Part shown: piece by piece, positions 52,774-64,000 of the stretch | Layout: every line of letters starts with the position of its first letter | Numbering within the stretch: position 1 is the first letter of the stretch | DNA from: Eledone cirrhosa | Lineage: Eukaryota | DNA: 64,000 nt | NCBI GenBank assembly: GCA_964016885.1 | Contig: OZ024742.1 | Coordinates: 109,306,001 to 109,370,000 of the forward strand | Direction of reading: 5' to 3' | Made by a program: the position numbers and the translations under genes | The notes under the pieces: generated by a model | Told to the model about the DNA's origin: nothing | The model's database searches: none | What the model saw: only the letters and a program-made list of their open reading frames with translations

Positions 52774-53213
52774 CTATTCTCATGTAAGTTTCCAGGCAAA
52801 GCGAGGACACTGGAAACTTATTAAAAAATAATTCAGTGGATAGGAAATAGCGAAGCGTGGACTGAATTCCAAGCCATTGAGAAAATCACTGCCTCTACGT
52901 CTGTGGCAAATTCAAAAAGAATCGAACACGTGACATCGAGGTCAATCAGTGGAAAGTGGTTTGCTAATAAGACAGCGGCTTACCTACAACCGTAGCAGCA
53001 GTCATGGCCAATATTGCTCGACAAATAATTTGGAGATAATAATAAAGAATTCATATCTAGTAACATATATATACATACAGATGCATATCAATGCTAGCAA
53101 ATATATAGGTTTTGTCTTAATAACAGTGAGGTTCAATGCATGGGGTTGCAGAACAATAATATAAGAGACGTAAAATAAGAAAATTATAAAATTAACTTAC
53201 TTACTAAAATATC

Positions 53214-53296
53214 ACTTCCAACTAATTAGTTTCTGGAATGGAGTAAATATATTTTCAGAAGAATAATATAAAGAAGCATTCCGTCGTCAGGAAAGT
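53214..53296 (-). ncRNA. Type I hammerhead ribozyme (tandem copy)
   Basis: Same motif as 52691-52773, 523 nt away. Confidence 0.8.
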
Positions 53297-53406
53297 CTAT
53301 TCTCATGTAAGTTTCCAGGTAAAGCGAGGACACTGGAAACTTATTAAAAAATAATTCAGTGGATAGGAAATAGCGAAGCGTGGACTGAATTCCAAGCCAT
53401 TCCAAG

Positions 53407-53489
53407 ACTTTCCTGACGACGGAATGCTTCTCTATATTATTCTTCTGAAAATATATTTACTCCATTCCAGAAACTAATTAGTTGGAAGT
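53407..53489 (+). ncRNA. Type I hammerhead ribozyme (inverted copy)
   Basis: ACUUUC-CUGACGA-CGGAAUG...CAUUCCA-GAAAC-UAAUUA-GUU-GGAAGU on the plus strand. Confidence 0.8.
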
Positions 53490-53640
53490 GATATTTGAGT
53501 AAGTAAGTTAATTTTATAATTTTCTTATTTTACGTCTCTTATATTATTGTTCTGCAACCCCATGCATTGAACCACACTGTTATTAAGACAAAACCTGTAT
53601 ATTTGCTAGCATTGATATGCATCTGTATGTATATATATGT

Positions 53641-53717
<77 letters not shown>

Positions 53718-54551
53718 CATATATGTATATATAGAAAGAGAGAGAGAGAGAGGTAGAGAGAGCGAGAAAAGAAAACACACGAGAGAGAGTGTGTTTTTCG
53801 GTTACAGGGGCTACCACTAGCATATGGAACTTATAAACTAAGAAAGATGAGGTAGATACATTATAATTAATGTATCTACCTCATATATTAAAATGAAAAA
53901 ACCCACCTTTATAATTATATATAACACACGTACAAACTCAGAGAGATTGTTTCGCCAGAAAATTAGTGTTGGAATCGTATTCACCCAGGTTCATTAGCGC
54001 GTGTTAGGTGAACATGTTCCAGACATCTCTAAGAGAACTTAAAGTAACTGACTTGCAACACGTGGGAGAAGGAAATGCATGTAAAAGACAGTAGGCCAGT
54101 GGTTTGAATTGAATGAGGCGCTGGAAATGGCATTCAAATTAAAGTGCTCAACAAACAGAGAGAGAGAAAGAGTTGTAAGGACCCTATAGCAAAATGAACC
54201 AACGGAATCAGAAACTCGCGTTAGTTCCTGTAATTTATGAGCTCAAAGGAAAGAGAATCCTGGGCTCTTCAAATATAATATAGTTCGATTCCCGGCGGCT
54301 AGACGTGTCTTTCAACAAGACATTTTATTTCACAGTTCACTCAGCTGGCAAAAATGTGTTGTACCTGTAAGAGCCAGCTTTGTCACACTGTGCATCACGC
54401 TGAATTTCCCTGAGATCTACGTTAATGGTGTCTGTGGAATACTCATCCACTTGCACGTTAGTTACACAAGCAGGATGTTCCGTTGATTGAATCAACAGGA
54501 ACACTCGACGTCGTAACTGACGGAGTGCCAGTAATATATGTATGTGTAAAC

Positions 54552-54620
<69 letters not shown>

Positions 54621-54647
54621 CGAAACATAAGTCAATTGCATGAACTC

Positions 54648-54684
<37 letters not shown>

Positions 54685-54686
<2 letters not shown>

Positions 54687-55030
54687 CTTGGCGGCGGCGG
54701 GGTCATGCTGCCAATGAAAACGCATGCACCGGGTTATTTATTTCAATTAATTATAAACATCTTATGCTTAGATTAGTAACCTGATTGTTGTTTATTTGTT
54801 TATTGTCAAAGCTTTTTCGTCACATATTCTGCACAAAAGTGAGTCACAAAATAACAGATTAGCCACTGAGGAGGTCACAGCATGTGTGTCGAAAAAGCGT
54901 TGGTAATAAACAAATAAAGAAACATCTGATTATTAAACTAACCAACTGGACGTTTATAATTAATTGAAGTGAAAACTAACTGATGGGTGTGTTTTATTGG
55001 CAGCATGACCCTCACAAAATGTAACTATAT
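54685..55030. mobile_element. Old palindromic element with a decayed hammerhead (family also at ~36200-36400 and ~57560-57810)
   Basis: GGGTCATGCTGCCAATGAAAAC is inverted as GTTTTATTGGCAGCATGACCC. CUGAGGA-GGUCAC..GUGUC-GAAA at 54866-54894 has a broken cleavage triplet. Confidence 0.6.
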
Positions 55031-55267
55031 CTGTTTCAACACTCGTTTTCGGGTACTACATATTGCAAAACAGATACAAGAATAACGTGTGTGTCTATAT
55101 ATATACAGGAGGTGAGTCTTGTTACTGTAGAGTTTCACCTGTGATCTGGCAGGGTCATTAGAATAGATAAGGGAATCTGGTGTGGTATCCTGCGAGTACG
55201 AAGGTGAAACTCCTGAGTAACAAGTCTTACTACTTCACAAGTCTTACTACTTCATATTTAAACTCCA

Positions 55268-57310
55268 CTTTGGTAACTTTGATAACTTTGATAGGTTTCG
55301 GCCAGTATTGGCCCAGGCCATGTCTAACTTAATAGCACCACATGGTGAAGTCTTACAAATCAGTGTTTGGGTACCATGGCCCACTCGAGCAGAGAGTTAT
55401 TGTTTATGGAGGCATATTCGGGTGTAGGAGGCTTATCCGGGATTTCTTGAAGGAATTTATCCAAAGACTTCTTGAACTTGATGGGGTCTGTCACTGCTTT
55501 GATGTGTTTTGGTGTAATGTTAAAGAGTGCAGGGCCAATTGAGGTGAAATAATTGTGTCGCATTGTTGTTATGTGATGCCAGTGGGATTTTTGTCGTGGG
55601 CGGATAACTCGGGGCCCAAGCCTTGGGTGTACACTAAAGGTGATGCCAACATCATTTCGGCTAAGCTGATGGAATATTTTCCACATCATACAGATAATGT
55701 AGCACTCACGGCAACGTTAAAGAGAATAAAGTTTGAGCTTTTCTAATCGACTCCAATAGTCAAGGCCTGTCATGCCATCTATCTTTTTTGTAATTGACCT
55801 TTGGAGTGCTTCAACTTTCATGATACTTATTCAAGGTGGGGTCGGGCAAAAGTGGAGAAGAGAAGAACAACAGTGTGGATATCTCTCGACTGGAAAGTTC
55901 TGAGAATCCAGGAACACATTCTGCGGGCCATATCAACTTTGCTGTTTATATGAGTGGCCCAGCTTATATTGTTGACCACAATTACTCCCAGGTCTCTGAT
56001 GTTATTGGAAGCCACTAGAGTTTCACCCGAAGGAAGAGAGTGTGGTAGTTTCAGGGCATCCTTTTTTCCAAAGTGGATTAATTCAAACTTATCCTCATTC
56101 AACAGCATATTATTCATTTCTGCCCATTGGATAACAGCCAGTAGGTCTGACTGAAGGCAAGACCGGTCACCCACCTCATTGATGACCCTTTGGAGCTTGG
56201 AATCATCTGCGAAGATTCTGATGTTGCTGTGTTTGATGATGTCAGTAATGTCATTAATGTAGATGATGAAAAGAAGTGGGCCTAACACAGTGTCTTGTGG
56301 GACGCCACTGCTGACTTTGGCAGGGCTTGATTTTACTCCTTCGACTACATGCTGGGTTCTGCCTGTCAGGAAACATTTGTTCCACTGTAGTAACCTTCCA
56401 CAGACACCAACATTGGATAGTTTTTTCAGTAGAATCTTATGATCAACCCTGTCGAAGGCCTTGCTAAAATCAAGGTAGATGACATCAGTGTTGGAGCCTT
56501 CTCCCAAGGCTCTCAAAACATCGTCAAAGTGATGCAGGAGCTGCGTTAGGCAGTCCCTTCCATTACGGAACCCATGTTGGCTGGAGTTCAGCAGGCCGTT
56601 GCTTTCAAGAAAGTGGGTTATTCGTGATCTCACCACCCTCTCAAATACCTTGATAATATGAGAGGTGAGTGAGATCGGACGGTAGTTCACTGCAAGGGAC
56701 TTATTTCCCTTTTTGAGGACTGGGACAACGGACTGGGACAGAAAGTTTTCAGGAATATAGCCAGTGTCCAGTGAGTTCTTCCACAGATTAGCAAGAGGAG
56801 TTGCAAATTGGTGTCGACACATCTTCAGGACACAAGCAGGGAACCTGTCGTGGCCTACTGCTGAATTGTGATTAATTCCGTTTATTGCCGCTAAGACATC
56901 AGGGGCGCCAAACGTTATGTCTGATATAGTGTGTTGGGGGTTAACATCACTGATACGGCCCAGATCGGCCATATCAGGATTGCTGAAAACAGAGCAGTAT
57001 TGTTTCTGCAGTATCTCGCCCATGGTTTTGGCATTGTCCTGGAGTGTGCCATTTTCATCAACTAGGGGGCCAACAGTGTAGACGGTGATCTTGTGATTTT
57101 TAGCAAATGAGAAGAACACTTTGGGGTTGAGTTTGATTTTCTCAATGGCCCACCTCTCTTCAGCTATTCTCTGGTTATTGATGATAGTCATCATGCATTG
57201 CTGGAGGTCATATTTTTTTTACTCAAGCTGGGTGATAGCCATTGAATGTGTGTGTTGCTGTTGGCAGTATTTTAGTGTGTTTATTGCTTACTTTTCTCAC
57301 GTCCCTCGAT
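55268..57310 (-). pseudogene. 5'-truncated CR1-group LINE (RT) with a tandem 9-mer 3' tail
   Basis: ORF 55827-57194 has YRPISLTS, QHGFR, YLDFSKAFD, GVPQDTVLGP, FADDSKL and RDLGV. Frameshifted C-terminus GPALFN..FKKSLDKFL; tail (TATCAAAGT)x~3. Confidence 0.9.
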
Positions 57311-57337
57311 AATACACGTGCATATATACATATATAC

Positions 57338-57448
<111 letters not shown>

Positions 57449-57482
57449 CATATATATATATAATTATATATAATATATATAT

Positions 57483-57568
<86 letters not shown>

Positions 57569-58224
57569 ATACTTGGGGAGGGTCATATTTGTGTAATATT
57601 GCCAGAATTAATAACAGAACACACTCACTGTTTGGTTGGTTTTCGCTTTTCGCTTCTGTGTCTTTTATATCGGTAATCTAATTTATTCGGTCCTCAATGT
57701 TGCCATTGACTGACCAACGGTCAAAAATAATACAGATACAATATAGACACAAACACATATATATAGTTTATCAAAGTTCTTCGTTGCACATCTGCAACAT
57801 CGTCAGTGGTGCTATTGTTTCCTCCCGTTACATTGTATGTCTACGCCATTTTTATTTAGTCTGTCTATATATTTATTTATTTATTTGTTTGTTTGTTTAT
57901 TTTATTTTGTCTTCTTTGCGCATGCGTTTGCGTGTGTGTATAGTGTTTTGTTTGATGTGTGTTCGTGATTGGGTGACTGTGTATCGGTTAATGTATTCTA
58001 TCTTTACTAGTGTGTGTTTATATGTGTTTGTTGTTATTGTGCTTGTGTATGTATTTATTTATTTATCTATTTATTTATTTATTTATACTTCTCTTAGGTC
58101 AGTGTTGTTTGTTTGGGTGTTGTTGTTATTCCATTCATTCTTTCTGTTTAGTCTATGGTGAACTGTGCCTGTCTATGGTGAACTATGGTGAACTGTGCCT
58201 CTGTCTCGTCATCTATTTCACCAT

Positions 58225-58887
58225 AGCTAGAAATAAGATTAGACAAATAGTAGACCGGTATACTAAGAGACAGAGCAGACCAGAGGCCCAACAACTTGGG
58301 AGGAAACCTGTAGAAGGCTTGGTTAGCCTCAAGCAGCGCACAAGGGATGGTGAGGTAGTATGTCTACCCACGGATAAGTCTGGTAGGATGTCAATAGATA
58401 GCATGCCGAACTACATCAAGGCTATGCAACCCCACATCACCAACACGAGCGAAACTGCACAGCAAACACATGATGGGAGAGAGAAAATCCTCAACGCTCA
58501 CATGATGATGTGGACTGACATCCTAAAGCCAAGCAGACGCACTGCCAACAACTTTCAGGCGTCTAACAATGGCATACCACCCTTGTATAGGTTCCGCAAA
58601 GACCACAAGACAGTCGACGACCCGACAACAGGACCACCAACAAGACCCGTATGCGGAGCTAATATAGCTAGCAACTACAGGATCTCCTACTTCCTCTCAA
58701 TGGTTATACGCCCCATAATCAAGATATCCCCAGATGTATGTTACAGTACAGAGGACCTCCTCAGCAGAATCAGTGAGTGCAACAAAAACAGGAACCTATC
58801 CAAATGCATAATAGGCAGTATAGATGTGGTATCACTGTACCCATACATTAACATTGATTTTGCTGTGGAAAAATGTGTGGAGATGAT

Positions 58888-58891
<4 letters not shown>
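58225..58891 (+). pseudogene. PLE reverse transcriptase N-terminal fragment
   Basis: LPTDKSG, PPLYRFRKDHK, PTRPVCG, STEDLL and SIDVVSLYPYI match PLE RT motifs. The ORF is cut at the Helitron-like end. Confidence 0.85.
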
Positions 58892-59631
<740 letters not shown>

Positions 59632-59659
59632 TATATATATAATATATATATATATATAA

Positions 59660-59776
<117 letters not shown>

Positions 59777-60096
59777 CAATGATAGGTTCTATTGTAGTAT
59801 AAAAGTTGAACCAAATAAATTGATTTATGTGTGAGGTGGAGCCGAAGTTTCGAATTTTAACGAAATCGGTTGAAAAATGTGGGAGCGAGAGCCGAAAAGG
59901 CGGAAATTTGAGCGAAAAGGTGATATTTTCGAATATTTAAGCGGCTGCCACGCTGTTTCTGAACAAAAAATCCAAAATCTAAACCCACTTTAAGGCGTGA
60001 AATAATCAGATCTAGCACAGTGTAAAATTTGCACAAAGTAGGTTGTTTAATGTGGGAGCTAGAGCCAACAATCTTATAGATACATATATATGTATG

Positions 60097-60164
<68 letters not shown>

Positions 60165-61573
60165 TCAATTTCATTTAAAATCTATTAATACATACATACT
60201 CGCACACACATACATACATGCATACATACATACATTCATATATACATACATACATGCATACATACATCCATCCATCCATCCATACATACATACATGCATG
60301 CATACATACATACAAATATCCATACACAGCTATTATGGCGACAGCACTATCGCTATATAGCTAGGTCTATATAGCAGTATATCTATCCGACTATATAGCT
60401 AGCATTGCCATAATGGTTCCGAAAGAGAAAACGTCTGGATGATTACCAAACTTATTTTCGATTTGCCGCCATTGTGTAGCATCTTGGAATCTATTTTAGT
60501 CTTTGTTTCCTCAGATTTAATTTGCATGATAAACAGTTCAGTCATTGCTAGAATATCTTCTATCTACTGCTAACGTCAACAATTTTCCCTCCTTTTAACC
60601 TTAAAGCATTTTTAGCAATCACCTTAATGACGATTTTACATCTATTCATAAAAAAAAAACAAAGTCAAAAAAGAAATTTATAGCAATAAAAAATATAATA
60701 ATAAAGAAATAGAATTAAGAAAAATAAAATAAATAAAAAATAAAAATTCATTTCAATCAATTAAGTATGTAGAATTTTACTAAATTCTTAAACTCACATA
60801 GATTAGTTTTGTTCTTTTTACTGGGGGGGTGGGGATTATAGGAGAGGAACTAAGGATGGTCGGTTGATGTGGAAATGGAGTTAGATGTACTGGTAACAAC
60901 ATTCTATAACTAACGGGAGAAGTAGAAAACTTTAGTTTAGTTTTCTTTCCATCTGGCATTTTAATTTTTGTAAATCAGAAAAAAAAGAGGCAAAAACATT
61001 CAGTCATCGTCATCCTTGTAATACATATACATACATACGTACATGATGGTTGTCCCCTCGTTATCGAGTATGGCTAATGCACGAGGAAAAAAGAAAAAAA
61101 ACATTAATAACAATAACGACAATAATAGTAATAATTGTTTCTACTTTTGGCACCAGGCCAGCAATTATCCCAATGCATTACTGGTACTTTATTTTATCGA
61201 CCCCATAAGGATGAAAGGCAAAGTTAACCTCGGCGGGATTTGAACTCAGATCATAAAGGGAGGTAACTCTATGCTTCAAAGCATGGCGCCCGACCCTCTA
61301 CCGATACTGCCAATCCACCATAGTAATAGAAACAATTGTCAGCAATGAGATTAAAAACCTTTTTTGTATAGCAAACCGTGTCACTCTTCTTTCCTCATTT
61401 ATCATTACTCCAAGTGTCTACAACATAGGAAATTACAGGCGTACTCGCAGCATCACTATGGAAACGCCTTGTTGAGTCAAACTTAGCCAAGCGTTGATAT
61501 CATCCACTACCCGGAATACCATAACTGGACTACACTTAAGTGGACTACCTATAACAATAATTTGTTACCTCCG

Positions 61574-61604
<31 letters not shown>

Positions 61605-61719
61605 TATATATTTATATATATATATATATATATATATACACGCACACACATATATACATAACATACATACACATACACACACATACATACACATACACAG
61701 AAAACCACACACGCACAAT

Positions 61720-62365
61720 AACAATTAATGGTGCTGCTATCGAACGTGGCTTTTTAACCCAGCTAATTCTCTAAAATGTTTTGCACAGAGTTGGCAATCA
61801 AAACATTCACTGCTAATAGCCGGCTGTGGTTGGATTTCACGTACTTGTGCATGTTGTTTTGAGCCCTCCTGCTGATCTACACTCTCTTCCACATGCTTGG
61901 CAGGCATGACGAGTAGCATGTCCAACAGCAGCCTGGTAGTCAACCACTGGTCTCTCACTCTATGACTGCAAAGATGACTTTCGAGTTCAGCTTTGCTGAG
62001 GCAGAGTCTCGCACAGACGCTACATGTCAGCGCCATAGGAGGACCTTCGCTGTCTGGAAATGCAACAGCAATGCCCTTCCTCACATTCCTTTTTACTTTC
62101 TCGTATGCGATTCGAGATGCCTCAAAAGCAACTTTCCCTTCATCCACAGTCTTTCTCCATTTATTACGATCAGCAGCTACGCTTTCCCATGTATCGGCAG
62201 AGATGTTAGCGTCTTTCAAAGAGGCTTTCAACGAATCCTTATACCTCTTTTTGGGGTTTGTGTGGAGGTCGTTTTCCTTTAACTAACTCTCCATAAAAGA
62301 GTTGTTTCAGTATTCTAGAATCTTTCATCCTGGCAAGGTGACCACTCCATCGGAGTCTTTGCTTA
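61720..62365 (-). pseudogene. 3' end of an RTE-clade LINE with C-terminal C2H2 zinc fingers
   Basis: QLFYGEL..KPQKRYKDSLKASLK..WESVAADRNKWR, then CSVCARLCLSKAELESH, a frameshifted CQACGRECRSAGGL and CQLCAKHFRELAGLKSHVR. Confidence 0.8.
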
Positions 62366-63827
62366 AGCAAAGTATAGATAGTATGATATATTTTAACAGT
62401 TGCATTTGTTTATTAATTTATGGTACTTGTCTGTGTACTGGTGGACGATTTCTATATATGATGATAAAGAATAATTTAGGAATGTTAGAGGCACATTTAT
62501 TCCGAGAACGGTAGATTAATGTTGAGGGCTAGAGGTAAAGTTATTTAGAAGGACTAGCAGAAAAAATCACCTTTCGGGTGGTTTTTCTGCTAGCATGTGT
62601 AGTGTGTATATTGATATTATACGCAGGTACATATACATGTAGATATGATACATCAAATAAAATCGTAATTGACAATATATAATGCATAGAAATTGAACGA
62701 AGACTGCGTTACACTGTCTTATTTAATCAGTAACGTAATCCATGATACATTAAAAAAGACGATATTATATATAAACTGCATTAGGAGAAAATTAATGACG
62801 GAAAATTAGTATGTTTATTTAAGTGATCGCCACGGGAAGTGTTGACATTTCAGAAATTTAAAAGAAATGGATCTTTAAATAAACAAAATATATTTAATGA
62901 GCAGCCACGAAATTTAGTAGATAAATTATGTAATATTCATTCATTATTTATTCAAAGTAATCCAACTTATTTTATTAATGGGATAAAAAAAAATAAACCG
63001 TACGCAATCCCGCAGGCCTTCTTTTATTATAGTTTAGATTTTGGCTAAGTTTAACTACATCTATGCAGTGGAATTGATTATTCAAAGTGTGTCAGGTATT
63101 ACAAGATACGTAAAGATTATCAGGATTTGAATATACAAAGGATTAAGGGTTAGGAAGCAGACCATTATGTTTATTCAGATTAACATTTTCATGATTAACT
63201 GCTGTATTACTGTGAGAAAAATAGTAAGATTCAGGAGATTTACAGATATTTTTGGTTCCTGTACTCATAATATATATTCTCATTTTTATCTTATTAACAC
63301 AATTACTAATCACATGCGTACTTTTGTAAGGCTTATTATTATTTTCTTGTGGAGATATAAGATATTTTCTCACTATAACCAGATCTCACTAAAGCCTCAT
63401 TATAATACCAGGCGTTGCTGTTACAAATACCCTCATTAGCTGACATTTACGCTAAGGCCGTAATTTTTTAAGAATCTACGTAGACATTTTTTTCAAGTTT
63501 TCTAGCCTACGCTGATTAAAAATCTTAATATCAGAAATATATTATTATGATGAGCTGTGATGTACGAGTCCACACATGGAAATTCTCCATCTTGTTTGGA
63601 AGTTATATGTTAGTTATTAGCCACAGAACACTAGATAATAGGAAATAGAAAACATATGCACATGTACACATATAACACAAAACATACACATACACACATA
63701 CAATAACATCCATACCTGCACACTACACACGCAATGCATGCTGACATACATACATATTTACCTAATTGATGTCTAAATTCCAATGAAAGAGTCTTCAGTT
63801 TATGTTAAGAAACCGATTCTTTCTCTA

Positions 63828-63998
<171 letters not shown>

Positions 63999-64000
63999 CT

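Noticed and set aside
53845-53883. Hairpin ATGAGGTAGATACATTA/TAATGTATCTACCTCAT with a let-7-like TGAGGTAG seed
   Set aside because: The perfect short stem is too small for a pre-miRNA, the sequence beyond the seed does not match let-7, and it lies in a TE-derived context.
62839-63439. Short ORFs in non-repetitive AT-rich sequence
   Set aside because: No recognisable domain or convincing splice signals.

Overview
AT-rich, microsatellite-dense eukaryotic DNA, probably intronic or intergenic. The SINE and LINE content suggests an octopod cephalopod (inference). No host protein-coding gene is supportable apart from one candidate 44-nt micro-exon. The window is a mosaic of mobile elements: one intact 1130-aa R4/Dong-type LINE (RT plus restriction-like endonuclease), decayed Dong, RTE and CR1-group LINEs, two tRNA-derived SINE families, a hAT-like MITE, a Helitron-like element and at least seven Penelope-like element (PLE) coding remnants. 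The main hidden signal, found by reading both strands, is a very high density of type I hammerhead ribozymes (HHRs): 16 with an intact core (CUGANGA / GAAA / NUH plus paired stems) and about 10 decayed ones, from roughly ten distinct sequence families. They sit in non-coding palindromic, inverted or tandem units that abut (TA)n tracts with a fixed polarity. Two of these are tandem arrays that would release 436-nt and 523-nt retrozyme-like monomers. Coordinates were read by eye and may be off by a few bases.
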